From Gekko japonicus (Eukaryota): a stretch of DNA of 64,000 nt. How positions within the stretch are numbered: position 1 is the stretch's first letter; each line of letters begins with the position of its first letter. Positions 49,101 through 62,302 of this stretch are shown here, one piece after another. The notes below the pieces were generated by a model. The model saw only the letters and a program-made list of their open reading frames with translations. It did no database searches and was not told the origin of the DNA. Location: assembly GCF_001447785.1 (NCBI RefSeq), contig NW_015170887.1, forward strand, positions 1,957,584-2,021,583, given 5' to 3'. Both the position numbers and the translations under genes were made by a program.

Positions 49101-52100
49101 TACTCAAGGGAATGTCCTGTATATTCAATTCCCCTTAAACTAATATGTGGGCAACTTATGCTTGCCACAAAAAAAGGTAAATTTAAAACTGATTAATGGG
49201 AAGAGGCTTGAAACCAGTTTGTCATCAGGCAGCCTACAGAAAGGAAAGAATGCAAGGGCGCAATTGAAACCTATTGCAAGTTTCTACTGGCTGCACTTTA
49301 GGATGATTTTAATTTCTAATCCTATTCCAAAATCCAATCCTATTTCCCAGTGGAGGAGACTGCAATCAAGACATGTGGCCCAGCTTCAGCAGCAGTTACC
49401 TTGCTCTAGTATACTACTAGCTGATGCTGTGGGCGAAAGAAAAATGACAGACTCATCTTGACGAGGGGAGCTGTCCATATTACTCAGGCTTAACAGACTG
49501 ATCTACACAGGCTCTTTCTTTTACAGTCCTCTCTTCAGGCAGACTCCCAAGCAAAGCAAACATCCATCTTTGTAGCATGCAAGGCTGAAGGTGTGTTGAA
49601 AACAGGCATCTATACAGCAGGCTTTTGCACTTTCCATGAAATGTGGTAAATCAAGAGATGATGCTTTATAAAGGAAATGCTTCAAACAATATGGTATATA
49701 TCACAGGAAGGAGAGCACATTCAGTTTTAAAAAGCTGTCCAGGGGCTGCACAGTAGAGAGAAGCAGTTGTGGAACAGGCCTTTGTATGGGAAAAATAGAA
49801 TACACAGACTACGATCAAAGACTTAAGTATCCATTTGTAAGATTACTGATATGCCTGCCTGACACAGCCAAACTTTGCCACTTGCATGCCCTTCTTTTCC
49901 TGGCTACTGACTTGAAATAGGTCATGTCTCACCCTTCCTCCAGTCTCAGAAGGAAAAACAAAAACAGGAGCAGCTACTCCTACCAGTGTCTCTTCTTTGA
50001 AGATAGCAAGAATCAATGCTCTCTTTCAATATTTGAAATATTTAGGTTTTTGCTCCCTAAGCCTTTCTTCCCCATTAAAAAGAAGTTAATTGAAACCAAC
50101 TGACTCTTGCAAACCCATTTGCTTTGCCAGCAGAGTACAACAGGACACAAGGGTATTACCAGGCATCTCTGAAGGTAAATTCTTTGGTTTGATATCTTCC
50201 CTTGCTAAATCTGCACAGCAAAAGACAGGTATATTCACATCAAAAGCATCCCCCAGGAAGGGTACTATGAGCATTAGCTACAATCATGCTAAGAGATAAG
50301 CATATACATTCAACACACTTTACAAAAAGCAAATGCTTTTTAAAAAAGCATAATCACATTTGAACCTGAAATCTTCATAAATACATTTACCAATCCTCTG
50401 CTAAAGAAACATGTTTTGCCCAGTAGGCACAGTATTTGTTAGCTTTCAGAAGGACCCTTCTCATTTAACTACAAACGAGGGAGGTTTATCCTCCTACTCC
50501 TACGATTGCCCTGCCTAGTTCACAGCCCAGCAACTGGGAAACAGTTTTCTAGCTGAGATACAAGAAGCTCAGCTTTTAATTGTATGTCTCCTCTTTAGAT
50601 TTTTGCCTCTGTCTCTTCTTCCCTCCCAGCTCATCCTAGTTATGGTAGAGAACCCTCCACTACTCAGGCCCAGAGATCCTAACCTGGTACTTGCCAAGCT
50701 AGTAGGAGCCACCACCTTCCTTCCTCCTCCCCAGTCCCCAACAGAGTGCAGAAGTGACAGAGCAGCTGGCCCAGGCCCAAGTTGGTTGGAGCTGTCTCTA
50801 GTCACTTCCTTTCCACTAGAGACTTTTCTAGGGGAGAGGAGCAACCAAGAAACAAAAAGCACCCTGCTGTCGCTACACTTAGCCCAACTCTCTGGGAACA
50901 AGGCTAAGAAGTCTTCTGATCAGAAGCGGGCAGAAAGGCATTTCATCTGCCATTGTCAAGTGGGATCAGTTTGTTCTGTATACTAGTGACATGTGAGGAA
51001 ATGCTGTCCCTCACCTGCTGTCCTCACTATTTTCTACAAATTCTCCCTGCCTTTCTGGACTTTGTACTGTTAACAATTTGAAGCTGACCAGGTAATTTTT
51101 CTCCATTTGGGTATGTGTTGTTTCTCTCTGTTAGAGTTATGAGCTTCCCACTCTCCCAGTGCCTTATGGGAATAGGAAGGCAATTCCCCTACCCAGAAGG
51201 CAATTGTGAAGCAGTCCTGCCACCAAGCCAGATTGGAGGGGGCAGCCTGGAGTCTAACGAATGCTTTTCTTCCTACTATAAGAACAAGACTTTACAGTTT
51301 TGAAAAGGAAAAGGAAATATCCTTATCTAAACACTCCACCCCCCATAAAACCTGAGATTTGAATGACAAGCAATTTCACTGACATTTTCTTGAAATGCAA
51401 CAGGAAGATGTGTTTGCTGTGTTGGGCACTGGACTCTGACATCTCAACAAGTGCACACGGATGGAAAGAAACAGGGTTTTTAAAAAAATGATTAAAGACC
51501 TGAGATCTGAAACTAAGTGTGACAAACATAAGGCCAGGAGATTTTATCAGACCCTTTAAGGGGCACCATATAAATTCCACACAAATTAGACAAAAGGAAC
51601 CAATGCCTACAATAGAACAAGGGTTGGCATTGCATGCATCTACATCATGCTCTGTCACTGATGCTATCTTGCAAGGGCCTTCACTGGAGTGGGTGTGGGA
51701 TGGTTCATATTCCTCTATGTAACAATCTTGTGACTGAGAATGCTTGTTCTTGGAATCCCAGGGCACTGTATGGGGAAAGGGGGTAAAGCATAATAACTTT
51801 TATTATATTCAAGCTATAATGATCAGAAACAGCTTTTTCTCAATTTTAGTGTAACTGATTAATTTCATGAAAATCAATTTCTCTGAATTTCATTAAAACT
51901 ATAATCAAAAGGTGAAATTGATTGTTATTTGGTGTCAAATTATACTAAAAGAGGGGGTTTGGGCTAAAGGTGTGGCCTCTGGACATCAGCTTGAGGAATT
52001 TGGCACTCCAGTTCAATTGTGTTTGACACCCTTATGTTAACCTATATTGACAATTGACAAGACAATTGAAAGAAGTCCATAAGCGGTTTCGATTTTTTTT

Positions 52101-52844
52101 TTTGCTATTGACAATTTTCCTAACCATTTCCATAATCAGAATTATCTAGATTATGATTCTGACTTCCATATTGGCTTTGCACCCTAATTCAGAATACACA
52201 CATGCTATTTAGACTCTTTTCAGTCAACCTGTAGAATCCACGTGTATAGCAGCCACTGCACACCAGCTGTGGCGTGTAGTGAACATGCTACAGATGCTAG
52301 AGAAGCATCTGTCTCTTCTTCCCTCCAGAGACTGAGATAGCAATGGCATGTGTATGTTCCAACTCACAAGATTCCCAGAGACTGAGCGAACAGCAGCGTA
52401 CAGCAGCACAGCAATATCACCATTTGAGACAGAGTTCCACAGGCTGGCTTGGTCATTGTTTCCAGGGATCTATTTGCAGTTAGCACGATCGAAGATGACA
52501 GTGTTTCCTTTCCCTCCCACACCCCTCAAAAAGGCATACTTCAGTTTCAGTTTACATAAGTGCAATAGAATAGAAAGAAAAAGCAGACACCTGAATATTC
52601 AGTGACTTGTAGCTAAAATTCCAGCTTCTTGTCTGCCTAAAACAAAGCAGAGTTTCCAGTGATCAGCTGAACCACTATAGCAGTGAGGAAGAGCAGCAAG
52701 AGGTCATCTGCACATAAGCATAGAGGTGGGTGTCCGATTCAGCCATCAGGTGGTACCCGTTAAGAGACTTCAGTCTTGGCAGGCAACTTGCTCTCCTTAT
52801 TTTGGTGCCTTTGGTCACACTAACTTCCAGCACCACTAACTTCT

Positions 52845-53062
52845 TTAACTGGTATAATAAACGTGGAAAAAGAGAATCTTGTTTCGCAGAAGGGAGTAAG
52901 AATTGTCAAATTTGAGCAAGTAAATGCCTTCCCCAGGATAATCATGGCTGCCTACTTGTACTTCCCGATGACTATCTCGACGGTAGACAGGCATGATCTC
53001 CCCATAGCGATTTCGCAAATAGCTTTTGGAGCCCCTTTCCACATCACCAACAGGAATAGGCC
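52845..53062 (-). CDS. TMED8: TMED8 last coding exon (GOLD domain C-terminus)
   Basis: GDVERGSKSYLRNRYGEIMPVYRRDSHREVQVGSHDYPGEGIYLLKFDNSYSLLRNKILFFHVYYTS*. Confidence 0.95.
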
Positions 53063-53519
53063 CTGAGAAGGGAAAAAAAACATACTATGTATCCACCTGT
53101 CAAGAAATGGTGCACTGATAACTTGGGGTCACGAGTCTAAAGGTGGCTGCATGAAAATCACATTATGCTACATACTGGACTGTGATCTTCAAATAATCTG
53201 CTGCCAATGATAGATTTGAGGTCTAACACCCCAGTCTTTCATACATTACATAAAAAACTCCTGCTCAAATTGTATAGTCTATTTTTACCAAACACGTTTA
53301 GAATTAGAACATTTGAATTACAGAGTAAATATATAAGCAACATTTCATTGTTTAATGTTTTTAAATTTGCTATTATTGTTAGCTAGAAAAATGGTAGTTT
53401 CAAGGCTACAGAATTCACTCGTTTTTCAAGATGATGCACAAGGACCATTTGTTCCAGCAGGCCAGTCAAGGGTTTTAATAATGCTGTTGAAGTTGTAGTG
53501 GTTTGTTTATAAATATATA

Positions 53520-55030
53520 TATGTTTTTATTAAAGGTAAAAAGGTTTAACAAACATAGTAATACAACAAACTAATTTTTCTTTTGTTTTTTGTACAATGA
53601 AACATACCATTTACAAGGCATGACTCATAAAAATATAGAGTTTACATAACATAGCGAAGTGTAGAAAGCCTAACAAAGTTATCAAGGGAAACTTTATACT
53701 CTAAGATCAAAATGTATGCATTTTGGGTGAATCAAAAATTCAGTTACCAAGATGAAGAAAAGACATTATTAATATGTTGATTGACCCAACTATTTAGAAA
53801 CTCACTGGGCTTCTTAGCCAGTATACATGTTGAGGCTAGAATATTCTTTTTGTTTCCACCAGGTTACACATAATTTGATCTTCAGATCCATGTCAGGAAA
53901 CCCGACCAGGATGAAGGTATGTATTCTTCTTCTGATAGAAGGGTTAAGATTGGGAATCACTTTGCATTGAACTCTGTATTAGATTGGTTTTCAGGGGCAT
54001 TCTTACATTTATCTGTTATACTCTCCATTACATATTGATCCCATAGTTTTCTGTACCAAATCTGGATACTCGGAGGGTCCATGTCTTTCCAAGTTGAGGC
54101 AATAGAGACCCTAGCTGCATACAGCATTGTTTCTAGCGTGCTCCTGTGGTGGTGTTGTTTAATAGGTTTGGGTCATAGTTCTAGTAATAGGCTTTCAGGA
54201 TTTAGCGGTAAATCTATATCTAAGATCAGTTTTATGTGTTTTAACACTTCTAACCAGAATAGTTTAATTTTAGTACACTCCCACCAGCAATGTGCAAAAG
54301 AGCCGAGAGATCCTTTCCATCATAGAGGGGAATAGGAGGGAATAGGAATAGGAGGGAGACATATGTGATAAGGCTTGGGGAGAGAGATATCATCTCGTGA
54401 TGATTTTGAGCTTTTGGACTTCCACTGGGTAAGAGCGGGGGGGAGATTTGTTCGACCTCCAAATTTCAGACCACAGCGTTTCATCTAAGTGCATTGTGCA
54501 GTCCTTCTGCCAAGATTTTTGATATGATAATGATTTTAAGTCAGTTTCTTTCAGTAGCAATTTATAAATAGCTGAAATCATGCCTTTGTTCTGTGAGTTA
54601 TAGCATTTGAGGATGAGTTCAAATTCTGTGGGTGGCTTCAGCGTGACTTATCTTATTTTATATTGTTTGACTGCGTATTGAATTTGTAAATACAAGTACC
54701 ATGGAATCTTGTATTTCAACACCTTTTCTAAGTCTAGTTTGGGACGGAGACCCTCCTTCTGGACTATATCACAGTAACGGAACAAGTGAACTTCTCTCCA
54801 TCATTTACCTAAATCACAGTGTACAGTTTCTAAGAACCAGGGTTGAGAGGTGAAGGTGGAATATCGAGAAATCTGTGGGAGGAGTTTACATTTCATTTTT
54901 GCCCAGTATTGTAGAGAAGGGTACATGAGGTTGTTTTGTGTTATTTCAGTAGTTTTGTTAGGGAGATTGCCCCATATTAGGCTGTCTATGTTATGTGTGT
55001 TAGAGTGGTCAGCTACTAATTAGACCCATG
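53520..55030 (-). mobile_element. L1/Tx1-like LINE 3' fragment
   Basis: Decayed ORF2 C-terminus (MISAIYKLLL...SWQKD...WSEIW; HWWEC zinc-knuckle remnant) with an AATAAA/A-rich tail near 53525. Confidence 0.7.
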
Positions 55031-55538
55031 GAGGGTTGTAGTGTTTTTTAATGTTTCTATCAATGCCCCTGAGTATGGTCCAAAGAAGTATGATGCAATT
55101 CTACTGCTGAAACTACAGCAGTGACAAATGAGTGGCTGACCAGGAACTGCACATAATCCACTCTGCATTCACAAGGAACACGCACAGCAGATGTGTGTCT
55201 AGAAAGCTGTCAGGTGTTCAGCTTCAAGAACACCAAAATTGACCTACCTGGTTCTGTTTTATTAATGTTGTTGGCTTTAGAAATTATTGACATTATGCTT
55301 TCACTTTGTAAAACTCCTCAAACATATGGGGGGAGGAATCTGAATAAACAAAAAGTGATGAAGCATTCATGGTACAAGTGAAAGATAAAAATGAAAGATC
55401 TTGAAGGGCATTCTTCATCTGGTGTCTAAAAATGTTGAAACTCATTGAGAAGTGTATGAACAAATGTGAATTACACTGAGGTTCATAGGTTCTGATACCA
55501 ATCCCATTGCTTTGCCCCTTAGACAGTTGTGCACTGAC

Positions 55539-55835
55539 CTTCAAACTCTTCTTCATCATCTTCATCTTCATCACTTGATTCACTGACTTGTACAGTAATG
55601 GCAGTACTTGTAACAGGAGTCCAATCAAAATAGACTCCAAAGCCAATATCATAATCTTCTGTGGCAAACTCCCAGCATACTCGCTTCCCATCAGGATGGG
55701 TTGGTACCCGGACAGTCACTACTTCACCCCGTTTCACTACCATGCGGGCATTCTTCTCCTTTGCCATCTTTGTTTTGAAGTCCCTTATCTTGGCACTTGT
55801 CCATGTAGTTGGTGGAATTAGAGGAGGTGGCTGAG
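55539..55835 (-). CDS. TMED8: TMED8 penultimate coding exon (upstream exons not found in the window)
   Basis: VVKRGEVVTVRVPTHPDGKRVCWEFATEDYDIGFGVYFDW plus acidic loop; tag|...|gtcagt. Confidence 0.95.
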
Positions 55836-58800
55836 CTAAAAGGAAACAAGACAAAATTGGATCAAATTCACACAAGCCACAAGGCTCTTCTTAGTTCTCC
55901 TACTCTTGATGTGCAAGTATGAAAAACAGAAAGGCAGTTTTAAATAATCTTGTATCAGTTGCTTCCCTGCTTTCTTACACTTTGCAATGCAATGTCATTG
56001 CAGTCTCTATTGAAGTTGTGATTAGCTGGGAAGGGGGGAATATTCTTTAACAGAATCAGGCTTTTGAGTCACGTTTCAATTGAAAAACAGAACCTTACTC
56101 ACCATAAGGGCTCCTTCTGCTTTGAGATTAGGAGGGCATCCTGGAATGGGGGATTCCCACCAATCGCTTAGGGAGACAGGACTAAACTCTTCAACTTCCT
56201 GTCTCCTGGGTGGGAGTCACCCTGTCTCAGTTTGGTTACTTCAGGAGTTAATGATCCCAGGAGCAGGAAGGAACAGAACAGAGAAAAAACAACAACCACA
56301 ACAGGTAAGTCACTGTTAGAAGCATAACAGATGATAATCAGAGAAGAAACATGACTGGGGGTTAAAGAAAGATTAGAGCAGCAGGCATCTTCCCCTGCAG
56401 CTTGATCCCATAGGATTAGTCAGACTCAGGACCCTGCTTTTGTAGACATTCTTTCTGGGGTTTATTGTGTTTTTTGGGTGGGACAAGAGGGTGAGTATCC
56501 AGGGTTCCATTCTCACTCTGAAAAGGAGGGCATCTTGCAATGGGACTTCCAATAGCAGTGTCCCAGTGAAGGGAGGGGACTGATGATCTTCCACCATATT
56601 CTGCACCAGTCTACGCCCAAAGCCGGCATCAGCTGAGGAGAAGGAATTAAGTTTGTAGTGTCTGACAAAGGTTGAGACTGAAGACCATGTTGCCACCTTG
56701 CATATTTCCTCCACTGATGCTTGATGATTGAAGACTATGGTTGTGGCTGCACTTCTCACTGAGTGGTCCGTGATCCCTGCTAGAACCAGAATGACCATTG
56801 CCTTGGAGGCATGGGAGATGCACTGTTGAATGCCATAGCTGATGGCCAATCTGGACAGTATCTTCCCTTATTTGAGGCTGTTAATGAAATGAAAGGAGAG
56901 TCCATCTTTCTGATGGGATTCTGTACACTGGTGGTAGATTCTGAGGGCTCTCTGCGGGTCTGAGAAGAGGGAAGAAGAGATTGGATTTATACCCCGCCCT
57001 TCACTACCTGTAGAAGTCTCAGAGCAGCTTACAATCCCTTTCCCTTCCCCTCCCCACAACAACCAGTGAGATAGGTGGGGCTGAGAGAGCTCCCTCAAGA
57101 ACTGCCCTCTGAAAGAGCAGCTCTGCAAGAACTTCTGACTGATGCAAGGTCATACCAGCAGCTGCATGTGGAGAAGTGGGGAATCAAACCCAGTTCTCCC
57201 AGATTAGAAGTGCCACTCTCTCTCCTTGGGGTGGTCAGGATGCAGGCAGAAGGAAGGGAGGTGAATCTCCTGAGTCTTGTAAAAAATTGAGTTCACCTAG
57301 GTGATAAAGATGGGATTTGGCCTGAGCACCACCTTGTCATTGTGGAAGACACGTAGGCCTTTTCTGGCTGACAAGGCTCCCAGTTTCAACACCCTTCTAG
57401 CTGAAGTCACTGCCATGAGAAAGGAAGTTTTCACACGGAGCCATTTTAGGGGGAACATCCCTTAAGAACTTGAAGAGAGAATTAGTGAGAGTTGAAAAAA
57501 CTATACACATTCTCCATGAAGGCGATCTGTGGAACACAGTAGGTTGATCTGTGTGACCCCTTGGAGAAAGCAGAAGATATGAGGATGTCTAGTCAAGAGA
57601 TGCTAAGTACATAAGGTAGGATTGTGGCTATAGCTGATACCTTTCAATGAAGGGTGGACTTTTGTATTTTTTTAATAAACACACTCTGAAGGAGGGCTAA
57701 CCAATGGCCCAAGCCAGGGTTGAGGGGGCTGACGTGCTTGCATTGGCATCACCTCAAGAAGGTTCTTTCCCATGTAGTACTATAGATACATCCTGTGGAG
57801 GCCTTCCTGAAAGCCATGACAGTCTTTGTGACCTCTGAGGAGTAGCCGAGGTTCAGGAGTCCATTTCTTTCAAGAGCCACATGGACAGATAGAGCCACTC
57901 TGGATCCAGGTGCCAAACTGGCCCCTGCTGCAATATGTCTGGGCTCACAGAAATCTCCCAGGGGGCCTGAACTGGGAGTTCCACCAAGGATGGAAACCAT
58001 GGCCTGTGGGACCAATCTGGAGATACAAAGATCACTTCCATCTGCTCCTGATGTATCTTCCATAGAGCCGGGGATCACTGGGAGGGGCAAAGGGGCATAT
58101 ACTAGGCCCTTGGGCCATGGAGAGGTTAGAGCCTCCAGTCATTCTGACTGTGGGAAACAGGATCTGGAGAAAAGTCTCAGTATTTGATGACTGGATCTGT
58201 CTGCTCAGCAAGTCTGCCTGGATGTGTTCTTCTGAGATGGACTGTGGGTATTTTTCCACCCAGAACAGGGATAAGTTGGGCCTCTGCATGAAGGAGATTA
58301 TCCCTCTGCTGCTTGATATGGGCATTGGCTGGGAAAAATGACCACTTGGCTGGAAAAAAATGAGTATGTGCCGGTCTGCCCAGAAGAAGATGAGCATTTT
58401 CCTGACAGCTCTGAGTTCCAAGGTGTTGATGTCCATTGTCTTTTCCTTTGACATTCTTCTGCCTTGGGCTGGACAGCCAAGTAGTGATGCTGCCCAACCG
58501 GAGAGAGTCATGGTCTGAAAGTTTGCAGGATGTTATCCAAGACACAGAATTGGGCCCATCTCAGTTGTAGGGGTTAGGCCATCAGATCATGTTCTGTCTC
58601 AGAGACCATATTAGGTTTGGGTTACAGTGCTCCTCTGCAGGACCTCTAACTGATAGAGCTGGAGGAACTACTGTGGTCTGGCAGGAAATCAGGCCCATGG
58701 AACTGTCCCTTTCCAGGTTATTAGGCCCTAGAAGCGTGCCTGGGGCATCAGCTGGGGAGTCTTGGCTTTGACCAGATTTTTCAGTCAAGCGCAAAATCCT

Positions 58801-58837
58801 GGACGCCTTGTCTGCTGAGGTGGGGAGGAGTTACAGC

Positions 58838-59043
58838 TAATGCTCCCTCTAAGCTGTGGAGACTTGTGAGCAAAAATTCTACTTTGTGAGCTACTGGTAT
58901 TAAGGTTGTGAGTGAGCGATTTGGCTGCTGCATAAATTAGTTTGCTGTGGAGCCATCCTTCCTGAGCTGAGACAAAAATCTGCAAGCTGGAGGCTAAAAA
59001 ACTGTGAGCTAGCTCACACTAACTCAGCTTAGAGGGAACACTG
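58838..59043. mobile_element. hAT MITE nested in the DIRS element
   Basis: TIR tg.tccctctaagctg / cagcttagagggaacactg; perfect TSD GTTACAGC. Confidence 0.88.
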
Positions 59044-59302
59044 GTTACAGCCTATTCTAGTGTCTGCCTATGATCATGCCAAGATGTTCTAGCCCTTGCA
59101 ACAGCATAAGACTGCTCTTTTCCTTGTTTAAAGCAAAACCATGGATTTCCCAGAGCTGAGGGTGCCCCTGATTGCCAGCTCCAGAATGGGAGAACAGATT
59201 AGGATGTTGTCAAATAAGTACGGATTTAGTTTCCTTGCTGGTCAACCAGGACCTCTAGAGCTACAAGGATGTTGGGTAAGACCCATGGAGCTGATGCTAG
59301 GC

Positions 59303-59581
59303 TGTTATGTCCGCTGACCGCCAACAGGTGCCAGCGAATACCCCCGAGCTTGACTCTATAGGAACAATCGGGACTAGGCTCCTAGTCTCTCCACTGGGGA
59401 ACCAATAGGACCATGGCGGGAGATTTAAACCCACCAACGGGACCTAGGGGTGTGTCCCCAGGTGTGTATATAGTTGGCCAGCCGGCCAGTAGTCTTTAGT
59501 CTTTGTTGTGTACCAGTAAACCATGCTGATCACTACACCACTTTCAGTGGTTTCTACATGCGTCTAACCCACTACACTTCA
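59303..59581 (+). mobile_element. Solo LTR nested in the DIRS RT
   Basis: TG...CA ends; 5-bp TSD TAGGC; TATA-like and AGTAAA signals; removing it restores PFGL-ASAP. Confidence 0.8.
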
Positions 59582-60715
59582 TAGGCCAAAGGGAAGAACT
59601 CTGCACTGGATGCAAACTGGAGGAACCTGCAATGTCCTTGAAGGATGGGAATATGTAAGCAGGCTTCCATGAGATAGGTGGGTGTCTGATGGACCACAGG
59701 GTCTCCATGCAGAAGTGACCTGTTCACATACTTCAGGTCAAGAATGGCTGTCCAGTCCCCATTTCCCTTGGGCACCAAGAAAAATATGGAGTAAACTCCT
59801 GAGCAATGCTCACAGGAGGGAACAGGCTCTACAGTTTGTACCTTTGGTAGGTGTCTTTTTTTGAGACAGAGAAAGAGAGATCTGGGAGACTGAAGTAGAA
59901 TTTTTGCTCACAAGACTCCATAGCTTAAAGGAAGCACTGGCTGGCAATCTCCGCTTTTCTTCCATCTTGCCCCTTCGGCCTCCTCCTAACCTGCCCATGA
60001 CACGGAAGAACAGTCCAGAGCAGGTTTTAGATTAAATTAGAGATGCCATCTGGAGACTGTATAATTAGGATTAATTGATTTGTTGATTTTAAATTGTATT
60101 TTGTATGTTTTAATCTGTTGTAAACCACCCAGAGTCCGGTGTACTCAGGGATGGGGCAATTCAGAAATTTAATCAATAATAAGTAATAATTTTAATGGTG
60201 TGTTTTTAAGCATTTTGTTTTGGGCTCCAGCTGTCTTCCTAGGCTGCTCTGGGCTAGACTCAGCAGGGGAGCTGTCTCATTTTCAGAGGTAAATTTGTCT
60301 CTTATGTTCCTCCAGAGCCTCCAAGGCTTGCCACTAGGCCATTCTCTTCCATATTCCTCCAAGAAAGGATGGGAAAGCAAAGAAAAAATTGGGATGTAAA
60401 AAGAAACAGCAGAGCCAAGAGGAGGTGTGAAAGAAAGTGTGAAGAGAAAAAAGGGACAGGCTGGAGAGTTAGGAAAATCTTCCTCAGGTATGAAATCGCT
60501 TCAGGAGAAAAGCAAGAGAAAAGCAAATAAAAAAGAGCAAAGTGCTCTGCTCCAAAGCTGCACTCCTTAACGAAGCAGGAAGCAAACTGAGCCAGGGCAA
60601 CTCCCACCCATGAGGCAGGAAGTTGAAGAGTTTAGTCCTGTCTCCCTAAGCAATTGGTGGGAACCACTCATTCCAAGATGCCCTCCTCCTCAGAGAGAGA
60701 ACAGAGGCTTTGCCC

Positions 60716-61146
60716 TAGGGTTGCCAGCCCCCAGGTCCAGGTGGGGTTTCAATTTGCCCCCAAAGCGACTACCTGTTTGGCCACTCCTCTCCTTCCCCTC
60801 CTGCCTGATTCAAAGGGCTTCAGCTGATCAGCAGAGACCACATGGCCCACTGATTGGCTGGTGGACCCTTTAAATCTAGCAGGAGGGAGAGGGGTGGTCG
60901 TGGGCTGCACGTTCAGCTCGTGTGGGGCTTGCAACCACACTTCTCCCTCCTGCTAGATTTAAAGGGCCCTCCCAACTGGTCGGCAGGCCATGTGGTCCCC
61001 ACCAATCAGCTGAAGCCCTTTAAATCGGGCAGGAGGGGAGGGAGAGGGGTGGCTGGGCAAGTGGTCACTCTTGGAGCTGTCCCTACCTACCCCTGAAACG
61101 CTCCCCAAATCCCCCCACCTGAGCAACGAGGGGACCTGGCAACCCC
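60716..61146. mobile_element. MITE with GGGTTGCCAG-type TIRs and an internal palindrome
   Basis: tagggttgccag ... ctggcaacccca. Confidence 0.7.
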
Positions 61147-61671
61147 ACTTTGTCCCCATGTATTGCCAGAGCTTTTGAGCACAATTGTGACCACTTTCCA
61201 TTCCCTTCACCTCTACATACTCATTCCCAAACTTTCTCTGGGCCACCTGATAACTTTTCTAGTGTGGCTGATTCAATCCACACAGTATCTCACAGTGACA
61301 CAGTTGTGCAGCTGCTTCACTACACATCCAGTCCAACTTGAAGCTCACCACACATTTAACACACCCTGGCAATGCTTCTGTCTACTTAGTGCCAGCATGG
61401 TGAGTGGTTAAGGGCGGTGGACTCTAATCTGGAGAACTGGGCTTGATTCCCCACTCCTCCTCCACATGAAGCCTGCTGGGTGACCTTGGGCCAGTCACAG
61501 TTCTCTCAGAACTCTCTCAGCCCCACCTACCTCACAAGGTGCCTGTTGTGGGGAAGGGAAGGAGATTGTAAACCGCTCTAAGACTTCTTAGAGTAGAGAA
61601 AAGCAGAGTATAAAAACCCAGTCCCCTTAGTACATTTTTATCCTGCCTTCCTCCAAGGGGCTCAGGACTGG

Positions 61672-62302
61672 AGCCATAGAATCATACAGTTGGAAGAGGC
61701 CTCCAGGGTCATCTAGTCCAACCCCCTGCACGATGCAGGAAATTCACAAATACCTCCCTCTCCACACCCCCAGTGACTGCTGTTCCATGCCCAGAAGGTG
61801 ACAAAAAACCTCCAGGGTCTCCAGCCAAACTGGCCTGGACAAAAATTGCTTCCTGTCCCCAAAGTGGTGATCAGCATGTCCCTGGGTATGTAAGAAAGGG
61901 CTACAAAAACTAAGCACTGAGGCAACCCTTCCTGCCCTCCCTCTCATGATCTACTTAAGTTCACAAAATCAGCATGGCTGTCAGATGGCCATCTAGCCTC
62001 TGTTTGAAAACCTCCAAAGAAGAAGAGCTAACCACCTCCCGAGGAAGCCTNNNNNNNNNNNNNNNNNNNNNNNNNNNNNNNNNNNNNNNNNNNNNNNNNN
62101 NNNNNNNNNNNNNNNNNNNNNGTACCATCCTCTATGTGACAGCCCTTCAAGTACTTGGTTATCATATTACCTCTCAGTCATCTCCTCTCCAGGCTAAACA
62201 TACTCAGCTCCTTCAACCTTTCCTCATAGGATTTGGTCTCCATACCTCTCACCATCTTTGTTGCCCTCCTCTAGACATGTTCCAGCTTGTCTATATCCTT
62301 CT
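61672..62302 (-). mobile_element. CR1 LINE 3' fragment (contains a gap)
   Basis: catagaatcata tail; CR1-type ORF2 remnants. Confidence 0.8.

Larger units (their letters stand above)
56083..60703 (-). mobile_element. DIRS1-like tyrosine-recombinase retrotransposon, near full length, decayed
   Basis: RT (VPKGNGDWTAILDLK, PFGLASAP), RNase H (INTLELRAV), MT-like (PDWSHRPWFPSL), YR (HSVRSAAT...ATWSSVSTFVRHY); ITRs ~56115-56240 / 60578-60703; ICR ~56488-56545. Confidence 0.9.

Noticed and set aside
47000-52600. Many short ORFs downstream of TMED8
   Set aside because: No motifs or consistent exon structure; best explained as 3'UTR
56373-56849. Phage-integrase-like gene, suggesting contamination or HGT
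   Set aside because: It is the YR domain of the DIRS element, in its expected position
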